From a virus, in the IMG/VR virus record IMGVR_UViG_3300033174_000009: 39,665 bases of DNA; one strand, written 5' to 3'. The notes under the pieces were generated by a model that made no database searches, was not told the DNA's origin, and saw nothing but the letters and a program-made list of their open reading frames with translations. The position numbers and the translations under genes were made by a program. This document shows positions 18,338 through 25,709 of the stretch, piece after piece. How positions within the stretch are numbered: the stretch's first letter is position 1; every line of letters starts with the position of its first letter.

Positions 18338-18709
18338 TTGATTATGGAGTGTAATGCACAGGGAGAGAAAATATGTATCAGGGCCGGGAATACCTTTTAT
18401 CAGGAGCTTTTTATCACTGACCTTGACGGCGATCCTGTTGATCTGACCGGAAAGACTGTTTATATTGCCGTGAAGGAACGGAATGATGTGCGTTGGGATG
18501 ATGCCGACGCACTTATTGTTTCTACTATTGTCGTCCACATTGACCCAACAGCCGGTCAGACAGCATGGCAGCTCACCCCGGCACAATCGAGAGTTAAGCC
18601 CGGAAGTTACAAGGCTGACGTTCGTGTTTATGAAGATGCGGATAACATACTTAACACTGACAGTTTCCCTGTTGAGGTCGTGAGAGTAGTAACTGAGAGC
18701 ACACCATGA
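18338..18709 (+). CDS. Hypothetical beta-sandwich-like structural protein
   Basis: 123 aa. ITDLDGDPVDLTGKTVYIAVKE...WQLTPAQS...GSYKADVRV is typical of Ig-like phage structural domains. ATGA overlap with the tailspike start. Confidence 0.65.
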   Translation: MIMECNAQGEKICIRAGNTFYQELFITDLDGDPVDLTGKTVYIAVKERNDVRWDDADALIVSTIVVHIDPTAGQTAWQLTPAQSRVKPGSYKADVRVYEDADNILNTDSFPVEVVRVVTESTP

Positions 18710-20952
18710 TACGCTTTGGATCAAATAACAAAATAAAATTAGCTATGGGAATACGAATAGGAATAGGACTTAGGATCGGGGGACGGAAAGGGGAAATACC
18801 TTATGTGATAGTTAATGCCGAAACGCAAGCATATGTCGATTATGCAACTTCGGAAGACGAAACATTAACCTCTGATGAGATTCAAAAACTGGATATATTT
18901 ATTACGACTATAAAAACAGGGCTTGGTCATACAGCATTATCAGATGGATTTGATACTTTATATTGGTGGAGGGCTACTACACCAAAGACATCTCTACGTA
19001 ACCTTGCCAAAGACCTCCATCATGCAACTAATAGTAATGCTGTACATACCCCCGGAATGGGTTGGAAGGGTAACGGGACGAATCAATACATTAACCTTAA
19101 CTATAATCCCGGCACGCAGGGAAGTAAATTCACACGCAATAGTGCAAGTATAGGAGTATATATTGCTGACAATGTAGAAAGTGCAACGCAGAGCGATACA
19201 GGAAGTGACATCTCTGGGACAAATAGGATATATATTAATACCGGAGCAACAGTAAATGCGGTTTATGGTGGCATAAATAGTGACTTCATGGCTGTTGCAA
19301 TAACAGGAGCATCAAGCGTTGGATTGACAATTTTTTCACGCACTGCCGCTGATAATATATATTGCTATAAAAACGGAGTTTACGAAACGAAGAATTTAGC
19401 ATCATCCCCTGTGTCTGATGCGGCTGCCTATGCTTTAAGGGCAGCAACGACTTATTCAACACGAACACAGGGATTGCTATGGTACGGGCGAGGGTTTAGT
19501 CTCGAAGAAATGGCGGTAATAACCAATGCTTTTTTTTTTAGCTTAGGGCAAGACGTGGAAATAGATGTAAATAATTTTGGTGCAACGGGAGATGGCGAGA
19601 CAGATGATTTCGCTGCTATTCAGGCTTTGATTAACAAAACAGGGCCTGGGAGTACCATAAGGATAGGACATGATCGAGAAGATGTTTATTTCCTTTCACA
19701 GCCTTTAATATTCAAATCTGATATTGATTACATAATTGACGGCACAATAAAAATACAGGACGGAGATACTGTCTTGCTGACAGCCGATACTTCGATAGGG
19801 GAAAATACTCTTACTATTGCAATCGAAGATGTTTCTAAGTTTGCAGTTGGTCAATGGGTATCCGCAACTGACGATATGGTAACATTTGAAAGTGCAGGAA
19901 CTGAATATGTCCGGGAGTTACAATACGGATGGGGCGGTGTGATAACCGACATAACAGGTAACGTCATAACGCTTGAGGGGACTTGTAATTATAACCTTGA
20001 TGTTTCCGAGAACGCAAAAATGGGACATTCGCAGGGTTGTATAATTATCCAAAATGCGGAGAATATAACGGTAAGTGGTAGTGGGTTAATTAACGGCAAC
20101 AGGTATAATCAAATTCCTGTATTGCCATCAACAAGCCTGTCGCTTCACGGTCATTGGGAGCATCAGCGTTGCGCAATGTCGTTTGTAATATGGAACAGCC
20201 ATTATATTACACTTGATGGTTTAACAATAGAAGACGGGCGTGTGCATAGCCTCTCAATAAGTAGTGTTAATCTCGGAGGAAACAAAACATGGAACTCAAA
20301 TATACTGCTTAAAAACTTAAAGGTTAATACCGGACATGACAAGAATATACTTGTGCGTTTCACCGAATACATGACTGTCAAGGACTGTGAATCAACTGGC
20401 AATTATGAAACGTGGGAAGACGGGTTGATATTCTATTCTGACTGTGAACATTGCGAGGTTGATGGTTTTATCGCAAGGACTAATAAGAGAAGTGGGATTT
20501 GTACGAATAATGTCGTTAATAATATCTCGGTTAAGAATATACATACCTTGGGTAATTCAACCCGCACCGGAAATGGGGTCAGCTTGATGGGGCAATTTAT
20601 AACAGCTGAGGATATTTTGGTTGAAGATACGTTTGCAATAGGGGGGGCTTACACCACTACCGATCTTGTGGCAACCAATATTATAGTAGAATCGAATCAA
20701 CTCCCACGAACCACATACTTACGGCATGATAGAATCGTGGGCATAACAGGACAAAGAATCACGTTAAATAATTTCATAATGCGTAACTCAATAAGTAAAA
20801 CTGGATATGATGCCATTGTGATCGCCTCAACAGTTGAGGATGTTGAGTTTAATGAGGGTGGTGTTTATAATCACACAGGGCAAATAATCTCGCAGGCAAG
20901 TTATAACAAGGCAACATGGAATGATTTTGAAGGAATAATAATAACACCATGA
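18706..20952 (+). CDS. Tailspike or depolymerase with a pectate-lyase-superfamily right-handed beta-helix domain
   Basis: DVNNFGATGDGETDDFAAIQALIN is the hallmark N-terminal motif of Pectate_lyase_3-type beta-helices. It is followed by repetitive N/G/I/V-rich rungs over about 450 aa. Confidence 0.8.
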   Translation: MIRFGSNNKIKLAMGIRIGIGLRIGGRKGEIPYVIVNAETQAYVDYATSEDETLTSDEIQKLDIFITTIKTGLGHTALSDGFDTLYWWRATTPKTSLRNLAKDLHHATNSNAVHTPGMGWKGNGTNQYINLNYNPGTQGSKFTRNSASIGVYIADNVESATQSDTGSDISGTNRIYINTGATVNAVYGGINSDFMAVAITGASSVGLTIFSRTAADNIYCYKNGVYETKNLASSPVSDAAAYALRAATTYSTRTQGLLWYGRGFSLEEMAVITNAFFFSLGQDVEIDVNNFGATGDGETDDFAAIQALINKTGPGSTIRIGHDREDVYFLSQPLIFKSDIDYIIDGTIKIQDGDTVLLTADTSIGENTLTIAIEDVSKFAVGQWVSATDDMVTFESAGTEYVRELQYGWGGVITDITGNVITLEGTCNYNLDVSENAKMGHSQGCIIIQNAENITVSGSGLINGNRYNQIPVLPSTSLSLHGHWEHQRCAMSFVIWNSHYITLDGLTIEDGRVHSLSISSVNLGGNKTWNSNILLKNLKVNTGHDKNILVRFTEYMTVKDCESTGNYETWEDGLIFYSDCEHCEVDGFIARTNKRSGICTNNVVNNISVKNIHTLGNSTRTGNGVSLMGQFITAEDILVEDTFAIGGAYTTTDLVATNIIVESNQLPRTTYLRHDRIVGITGQRITLNNFIMRNSISKTGYDAIVIASTVEDVEFNEGGVYNHTGQIISQASYNKATWNDFEGIIITP
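19530..19539 (+). repeat. T10 homopolymer inside the tailspike gene (codons A275-F278), just upstream of the beta-helix domain
   Basis: aatgcTTTTTTTTTTagc read directly. Confidence 0.95.
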
Positions 20953-21341
20953 CCGACAAGATAAAAAGCATATCACAGATGATCGGGTCGATATTTTCGG
21001 CCGGGATAGTTCTGTACGGCATATTTACATTTGTTGAAATGGGAAAGGATAACAATAAAGCCGTAACCCGCATTGATAAGAAGATAGCCAAACTGGATTC
21101 ATCATTCATAGCATTGAGAGATACTGTCATTTTACAAGTTAATAGGATTGAAACAAAACAAGATAAAACAATTGAAGCGGTGCAGCGTAACACTGGCGAG
21201 TTCGCTGCATTAAAGACTGTTGTAACAACCGGATTTAAGAAGATTATGACAGCCGATGAAGTTTTTGAGATGTTTAACACGTTGGAGAAAGGAAAGTCAA
21301 TACAACCTGATGTCGAAATAACAATTAAAAGGAAACAATGA
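20949..21341 (+). CDS. Membrane-anchored coiled-coil protein (holin or i-spanin-like candidate)
   Basis: N-terminal TM helix IGSIFSAGIVLYGIFTFV, followed by a charged helical region. ATGA overlaps at both ends. Confidence 0.6.
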   Translation: MTDKIKSISQMIGSIFSAGIVLYGIFTFVEMGKDNNKAVTRIDKKIAKLDSSFIALRDTVILQVNRIETKQDKTIEAVQRNTGEFAALKTVVTTGFKKIMTADEVFEMFNTLEKGKSIQPDVEITIKRKQ

Positions 21342-21607
21342 ACAAAAAACCCCTCACTGATCCTGCCAATGAAGCCGAAAGGGTTCCAATGTCGCAGGAG
21401 GAAATTGATAAGATGACACTCAATGTCTATGACCAGATATTCCTGAAACGGCTGCTTGATATGCACTATGAATGTGTGTGCGTTCAGCTCGCTGAAGTTA
21501 TAACGGCAGCTAATAACAAACTATTCGCAGAGATTGAAAAACTGAATAAGCGGATAGACAAAATTGAAGACCGGGTTGAGAAACTTGAAAAAGCAGTATT
21601 CAAATGA
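21338..21607 (+). CDS. Small coiled-coil protein
   Basis: 89 aa. C-terminus is NNKLFAEIEKLNKRIDKIEDRVEKLEKAVFK. Confidence 0.6.
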   Translation: MNKKPLTDPANEAERVPMSQEEIDKMTLNVYDQIFLKRLLDMHYECVCVQLAEVITAANNKLFAEIEKLNKRIDKIEDRVEKLEKAVFK

Positions 21608-21702
21608 AATGGCTTCAATACTTCGGTTATATATGGGTCGCTCTGTGCGTGGTTGTGATACTGTGGGCACTCATTAAATTTCTGATAAAACCTAAAAGAT
21701 GA
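21604..21702 (+). CDS. 32-aa single-pass membrane micro-protein (not in the ORF track)
   Basis: MKWLQYFGYIWVALCVVVILWALIKFLIKPKR. ATGA overlaps with both neighbours exactly fill the gap before the endolysin. Confidence 0.5.
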   Translation: MKWLQYFGYIWVALCVVVILWALIKFLIKPKR

Positions 21703-22133
21703 TCTATCGCCCACGTCACTTTATCCTCGAGGAGCTTGTATGCCCTCACGTCTTTGAACAGTTCAAGGAGATCGCATGGCAGTTTTTCGATGATAAGATA
21801 TTGATGACCATTGACCTTTTACGTGATCAGCTCGGCCCGGTGTATATCAATAACTGGGACATGGGAGGCAAGTTCACACAACGTGGATTGCGCTGTACTA
21901 AATGTGAGCTTGTCAGGAAAGCAGTTGAAGAAAATAGGGTCTATGTCTCTCCACACATAACGGGTCAGGGCATGGATCTGATTGTAAAAAATATGACCGC
22001 TGCACAGGTCAGGTTATGGATAGCAAGAAATCCTATCAAGATGCCGTTCCCTGTCAGGCTCGAAAAGGGTGTGACATGGGTTCACATAGATTCCCGTGAC
22101 GCAGGACAAAAAGTATATCTCTTTAACCCATGA
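21699..22133 (+). CDS. Endolysin, peptidase M15 (zinc D-Ala-D-Ala or L-Ala-D-Glu peptidase type)
   Basis: Zn-ligand context: FTQRGLR...SPHITGQGMDL...GVTWVHIDSRD (H-x6-D ... H-x-D pattern). Confidence 0.8.
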   Translation: MIYRPRHFILEELVCPHVFEQFKEIAWQFFDDKILMTIDLLRDQLGPVYINNWDMGGKFTQRGLRCTKCELVRKAVEENRVYVSPHITGQGMDLIVKNMTAAQVRLWIARNPIKMPFPVRLEKGVTWVHIDSRDAGQKVYLFNP

Positions 22134-22219
22134 AAGAAACAACACTCATAAAAATCATAAGGATAACTATAATCATGGCTATTATTGAATTATTAATCAT
22201 CTTAATCTTAATCAAATGA
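22130..22219 (+). CDS. 29-aa hydrophobic micro-protein (not in the ORF track)
   Basis: MKETTLIKIIRITIIMAIIELLIILILIK. ATGA overlaps at both ends. Confidence 0.45.
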   Translation: MKETTLIKIIRITIIMAIIELLIILILIK

Positions 22220-22620
22220 AAAAATTTATTATGTTTCTGGTCTTCATGTTTCCTGTTCTGCTTTTGGCACAGGATAGTATTATCGCCGTGCAGGACACCG
22301 TTATTGGTGATCCGGACATTCCCGTACCTGGTGGGATAATTGATATTTTCGCTGACCTTCAGGGGTGGTTTGCAAGCACGGCAGCAGTAGCCGGACTAAC
22401 CATCTTCTTCACACTGCTGGTAACAAAGTTATGGAAGACCATATCGCCTATCTTTAAACAGGCAGTTGCACTTGTTATTGCTCTTGTTCTGATGATCGCC
22501 GGTAATCTTGCCAATATTGGTTTTATGGCTGACTTCAACTGGTTGTCAACTGTCGTCTATGGACTTATGGTAGGGTTCGTCGCTAACGGCTGGTATGACC
22601 TAAAGAATGTGGCGAAGTAG
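22216..22620 (+). CDS. Multi-pass membrane protein, holin candidate
   Basis: 134 aa. N-terminal hydrophobic leader FIMFLVFMFPVLLLAQ plus three TM helices. Adjacent to the endolysin. Confidence 0.5.
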   Translation: MKKFIMFLVFMFPVLLLAQDSIIAVQDTVIGDPDIPVPGGIIDIFADLQGWFASTAAVAGLTIFFTLLVTKLWKTISPIFKQAVALVIALVLMIAGNLANIGFMADFNWLSTVVYGLMVGFVANGWYDLKNVAK

Positions 22621-23110
22621 CATACTCGTTCTTTTAATCCCGCTGGTCTCCTGTGCTACTTATCACAGGTGCGTGGATCGTTATGGACTGGAACCTGATA
22701 CCGTTCGGGTTGTGACCGTAAGGGATTCGATTGTTTTCAGGGACACTACTATTGTGGTTGTATTGCCGGTGGAGCATAAGACTGACACTGTACGGATTCC
22801 GTGTCCTCCGCCTCCTCCGGCATACGTCCCTGATACGGCTTACGCACGAACTACCTTGGCCGAAGCGAAGGCATGGTGGGATTATCCTTACATAAGACTG
22901 GATCTTGTGCAGAACGATACGATAATGAGGTTTGTTCTGGATTCGGCTATTATGGAGATTTACCGGCTTCAGACTGAACTTGAAATTATAAAACAGGTGC
23001 AGAAGCAGCCGATTCCGACTATCTATAAAATTTCCTTGTGGGGGTGGATCGGTTTCTTTATTGTCTGGCTGCTGGGTGCGATCTCGAAATTACTTGCTCG
23101 TAGAGGCTGA
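22607..23110 (+). CDS. Unimolecular spanin-like protein (N-terminal lipoprotein signal plus C-terminal TM anchor)
   Basis: Lipobox LVSC at residues 13-16, after the hydrophobic ILVLLIP. A beta-rich, Pro-rich middle (PCPPPPPAYVP). C-terminal TM helix ISLWGWIGFFIVWLLGAI followed by KLLARRG. Confidence 0.55.
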   Translation: MWRSSILVLLIPLVSCATYHRCVDRYGLEPDTVRVVTVRDSIVFRDTTIVVVLPVEHKTDTVRIPCPPPPPAYVPDTAYARTTLAEAKAWWDYPYIRLDLVQNDTIMRFVLDSAIMEIYRLQTELEIIKQVQKQPIPTIYKISLWGWIGFFIVWLLGAISKLLARRG

Positions 23111-23114
23111 AAAT

Positions 23115-23387
23115 ATGACACGAGAGCAACGATCTATACCCGGCCAGTATAATCCATTACTTTTACTTGAAATCATCGCAGGAATCATCTTTATAGCCTC
23201 AATTTTGATTTATTGCTCTGACCGCAGGGAGTCTTGTAAAATTTGCACAACAATTACTTATGTTTACGGCGAGCCTGCCGACAGCGTGAAAGGTGTTTAT
23301 TGTGGTGACGATCTGTTGAGGGTTGACGGGCGGATCATTCAGTCGGATCATGGTAAGAGTCTTTATTATGTTACAAGGTGTGATTAA
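23115..23387 (+). CDS. Small membrane protein with a Cys-rich C-terminal domain. The track ORF starts at 23061; the likely start is the ATG at 23115.
   Basis: TM helix LLLLEIIAGIIFIASILIY. Last gene of the rightward arm. Confidence 0.55.
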   Translation: MTREQRSIPGQYNPLLLLEIIAGIIFIASILIYCSDRRESCKICTTITYVYGEPADSVKGVYCGDDLLRVDGRIIQSDHGKSLYYVTRCD

Positions 23388-23389
23388 AA

Positions 23390-23411
23390 GCACGTCAGCT
23401 TCCGACAGTGC
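23390..23411. terminator. Candidate bidirectional intrinsic terminator at the convergence point of the two arms
   Basis: aaaa GCACGTC agcttcc GAC(a)GTGC attt. This is a 7-bp stem with one bulge, an A-tract on the left and a T-tract on the right. It overlaps the last codons of ORF 23395..23859. Weak stem. Confidence 0.3.
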
Positions 23412-23859
23412 ATTTAATTCTTTTATATTTCTTCTTCCAGTCCAGCACCGGCCCGAAGTCAATAGCAACGTGATGCTTGGTGTCAACCCGTAATCCCAGA
23501 GCAATACGTTCAGTGTAAATAGTAACCCCAAACTCAATTGAGACAGGGTTAAGGCTTTTGCCGTAATCCCTTTCACTGTCAACCGGCCAGAAGTTGTGAT
23601 GCACAATCCCAACACTGAGTGAGTTCCCCCGGTTGGGTGTCAGCTTAACAATGCCAATACTGGACTTGATATGGTTCTTGATCACTTCTACCGGAAGCGG
23701 GTATTTACCATGAGCTACTGCACCATACAATCCTATTCCTCCCATGTGTTGTTCATACTTCAGTCCTTTGGCAAGGTCACCAGCCTGAAAAGTGAAAAAT
23801 AACACCTGAGCATTGCAGAGAGAGGGGAGGACAAGTAAGATGATAAGTAGTTTTTTCAT
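23395..23859 (-). CDS. Secreted beta-strand-rich protein, possible small outer-membrane beta-barrel (accessory 'moron' gene)
   Basis: Signal peptide MKKLLIILLVLPSLCNAQ. The mature ~135 aa alternates hydrophobic and polar residues (GIGLYGAVAHG, SLSVGIVHHNF, VSIEFGVTIYT, IALGLRVDT, HVAIDFG). Confidence 0.5.
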   Translation of the reverse strand: MKKLLIILLVLPSLCNAQVLFFTFQAGDLAKGLKYEQHMGGIGLYGAVAHGKYPLPVEVIKNHIKSSIGIVKLTPNRGNSLSVGIVHHNFWPVDSERDYGKSLNPVSIEFGVTIYTERIALGLRVDTKHHVAIDFGPVLDWKKKYKRIKCTVGS

Positions 23860-24275
23860 TTCTCAGGTTTATTATTTTCAAGCCATTGTTTTGCTATGTT
23901 AAACGCAAATAGTCTTTTCTTACTTTCAGGTGCATCAGGATCAGTAAATTCGCTCGGATTATTCCAGAAATCTGCTTCCCATTCCTTAAGTGTCCGAAGA
24001 TAACAACCAAGCTGGATGTATGGAATAGAGTTATTATAATAGGCTGAAACATGGTACTTATATAATCCGATAGAATAGAAGGGGGTTGTATTAAGTTTGC
24101 ACCCGTCACCAAGTTCGCACCTGTAACCAAGTTCGCACCAGTCACCAAGTTCGCACCCGTAACCAAGTTTGCACCCGTTACCAAGTTTGATGTTTAATTT
24201 TTCAAACTCGTCCTTTAATTCAGGAAGGTTTTCATATTCAAACCTTCCAGAGGATAAGTAAATAACTTTTTTCAT
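23856..24275 (-). CDS. Hypothetical protein with five tandem hexapeptide (x-L-G-x-x-C) repeats
   Basis: KLGNGC KLGYGC ELGDWC ELGYRC ELGDGC, then a conserved-looking C-terminal domain (IQLGCYLRTLKEWEADFWNNPSEF). Confidence 0.7.
   Translation of the reverse strand: MKKVIYLSSGRFEYENLPELKDEFEKLNIKLGNGCKLGYGCELGDWCELGYRCELGDGCKLNTTPFYSIGLYKYHVSAYYNNSIPYIQLGCYLRTLKEWEADFWNNPSEFTDPDAPESKKRLFAFNIAKQWLENNKPEK
24093..24188. repeat. 18-bp tandem repeat, about 5.3 copies (consensus aagttcgcacccgtaacc), in frame within ORF 23856..24275
   Basis: Units start at 24093, 24111, 24129, 24147 and 24165, with 1-3 substitutions each. Confidence 0.9.
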
Positions 24276-24397
24276 ATTTCAAGTTTTATAAATTCAACTC
24301 CAATGATTATTAACAATATCAGCAGTGCGAAAAACAGCACTATCGGTAACCAGAAGGCAATGAAGTTAAAGCCACGGGCGTATATTATTATGCTCAT
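24272..24397 (-). CDS. 41-aa membrane micro-protein (not in the ORF track)
   Basis: MSIIIYARGFNFIAFWLPIVLFFALLILLIIIGVEFIKLEI. ATGA overlaps with both neighbours fill the apparent gap 24276-24393. Confidence 0.5.
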   Translation of the reverse strand: MSIIIYARGFNFIAFWLPIVLFFALLILLIIIGVEFIKLEI

Positions 24398-24693
24398 TTG
24401 TCTTTAATATTAGTTTTCCAGTATTCAAATAGTTCGTCAAGAGATAGCCATAGATATCTATATTCGCAAAATCCAATACAATCAACATAATATTGTTTAT
24501 AATGTGGACTTTTGCCATTAGCACAGTATCGAGAATTTTGATCTTTCCATTCTACAAACTCTTTCGGAAAATAGTTATCATTGATGAGAGCGGTGATTTC
24601 CGAGGCAGCATAAGATTGCCCCATGATTAAATAGCCATCAAGTTCAAGATTATTTTCAATTATCTCTTCTATTTGTTCGCTAAGCTCTTTCAT
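24394..24693 (-). CDS. Hypothetical early protein
   Basis: 99-aa ORF with overlap coupling. Confidence 0.7.
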   Translation of the reverse strand: MKELSEQIEEIIENNLELDGYLIMGQSYAASEITALINDNYFPKEFVEWKDQNSRYCANGKSPHYKQYYVDCIGFCEYRYLWLSLDELFEYWKTNIKDK

Positions 24694-24872
24694 TTCGTTT
24701 CCTCCAATAGTTTAATAATTTCTTCTTCTGTTGCATCGGGGTTTAAATCCTTGCAATGAGCAATAAATGCTTCAGGATTCAATTCATAGGCTTCATGAGG
24801 ATGCAGACTACAGAATACTTTGAACATTTCTCTGTTTTCATCATCAACTATAAATTCTTTTATGTCTTTCAT
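24690..24872 (-). CDS. Hypothetical small acidic protein
   Basis: 60-aa ORF with ATGA coupling downstream. Confidence 0.6.
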   Translation of the reverse strand: MKDIKEFIVDDENREMFKVFCSLHPHEAYELNPEAFIAHCKDLNPDATEEEIIKLLEETK

Positions 24873-24873
24873 G

Positions 24874-25101
24874 TTATTCCTCTATTATTTTAAAATCATC
24901 TTCAAAGTATTTAAACATTTCACAAGTGCCATCATTCGCAACAAGTTCATCAAGAATTACTCTTGCTGTTTTGTTATTGCAAGCCTCATAGTTATAATTC
25001 ATCTGCACCCATGCAATAGGGCAAGGATCATGTCCATATTTACAACGTGAACACTGATCGTCAAATACGGCTCCTTCAGTTCCATTTGAAAAATATGCCA
25101 T
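24874..25101 (-). CDS. Hypothetical Cys-rich small protein
   Basis: 75 aa. CSRCKYGHDPCP...ACNN...GTCEMF suggests metal binding. A GGAGGA lies 7 nt upstream of the ATG. Confidence 0.6.
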   Translation of the reverse strand: MAYFSNGTEGAVFDDQCSRCKYGHDPCPIAWVQMNYNYEACNNKTARVILDELVANDGTCEMFKYFEDDFKIIEE

Positions 25102-25115
25102 TATTTATTCCTCCA

Positions 25116-25277
25116 TTATTCTGTTAGTTTATTGATTATTACATCTTGTTTCTTCGCTCTCCACAACCTTACAGGACGATCGAAAGCTATTCCGTTCTGG
25201 GCGAGGATGCACCCGCATTCTCGACAAATAATTGTGTTGTCAAGATAGGGTTTGCGTTTTGTGTGTTTGCAGTTCAT
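25116..25277 (-). CDS. 53-aa zinc-ribbon-like protein (not in the ORF track)
   Basis: Translated by hand: MNCKHTKRKPYLDNTIICRECGCILAQNGIAFDRPVRLWRAKKQDVIINKLTE. ATGA overlap with the upstream micro-ORF. Confidence 0.5.
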   Translation of the reverse strand: MNCKHTKRKPYLDNTIICRECGCILAQNGIAFDRPVRLWRAKKQDVIINKLTE

Positions 25278-25375
25278 TTTCTCCATTCTTTAATTGTTTC
25301 GTAAACATACCAAGCTGCTAATACTATCATTGCGATAAGTATTGCGATGACTGCCGGAAGCGGGTTACCTTCCAT
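25274..25375 (-). CDS. 33-aa single-pass membrane micro-protein (not in the ORF track)
   Basis: Translated by hand: MEGNPLPAVIAILIAMIVLAAWYVYETIKEWRK. Confidence 0.5.
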   Translation of the reverse strand: MEGNPLPAVIAILIAMIVLAAWYVYETIKEWRK

Positions 25376-25514
25376 TGAGCCTATCAATTTCGTCAAGAAA
25401 AGCCTTCTTCTCCCGCCATGTTATTTTCTCCTTGCGCTCCCTTGCTTTGCCGAGCACCCTGAGGGCAGCCCAAAAAAACAGGAATACAACTGCGATTGTG
25501 ATTATGTCTATCAT
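25365..25514 (-). CDS. 49-aa protein with an N-terminal TM helix (not in the ORF track)
   Basis: MIDIITIAVVFLFFWAALRVLGKARERKEKITWREKKAFLDEIDRLNGR. ATGA overlap with the stop of ORF 25511..25708. Confidence 0.5.
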   Translation of the reverse strand: MIDIITIAVVFLFFWAALRVLGKARERKEKITWREKKAFLDEIDRLNGR

Positions 25515-25708
25515 TGTCTGTAAGGTTTATATTCATCTCTTAACTTGCGATTACATTCTAACTTGAACAGATAATCGCTTTTAGCCTTTTCGTCCGGTAT
25601 GTCTTTGTCAACCAGGATCACCAGCTTGTCATCAATCCTCACGACCTTCTTTTCGTTATCACGGGCAGAGGATTCGTTTATCAGGGTCTTAATCTTTTTG
25701 TGTGCCAT
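25511..25708 (-). CDS. Hypothetical small basic protein
   Basis: 65-aa ORF in the chain of early genes. Confidence 0.6.
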   Translation of the reverse strand: MAHKKIKTLINESSARDNEKKVVRIDDKLVILVDKDIPDEKAKSDYLFKLECNRKLRDEYKPYRQ

Positions 25709-25709
25709 T

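Noticed and set aside
18329-18724. 131-aa minus-strand ORF opposite ORF 18338..18709
   Set aside because: The plus-strand ORF ends in an ATGA overlap with the tailspike start and has an Ig-like structural sequence pattern. The antisense frame has no start or stop coupling.
20849-21466. 205-aa antisense ORF spanning the tailspike end and two lysis-region genes
   Set aside because: The plus-strand genes it overlaps are linked by exact ATGA overlaps at 20949, 21338 and 21604 and are co-oriented with the whole late arm. The antisense product is hydrophobic low-complexity sequence, typical of a shadow ORF in AT-rich DNA.
23894-24184. Alternative-frame ORF with VTGANL repeats on the minus strand
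   Set aside because: It is the same 18-bp tandem repeat read in another frame. It lies wholly inside ORF 23856..24275, which has a proper start, ATGA coupling and a non-repetitive C-terminal domain.
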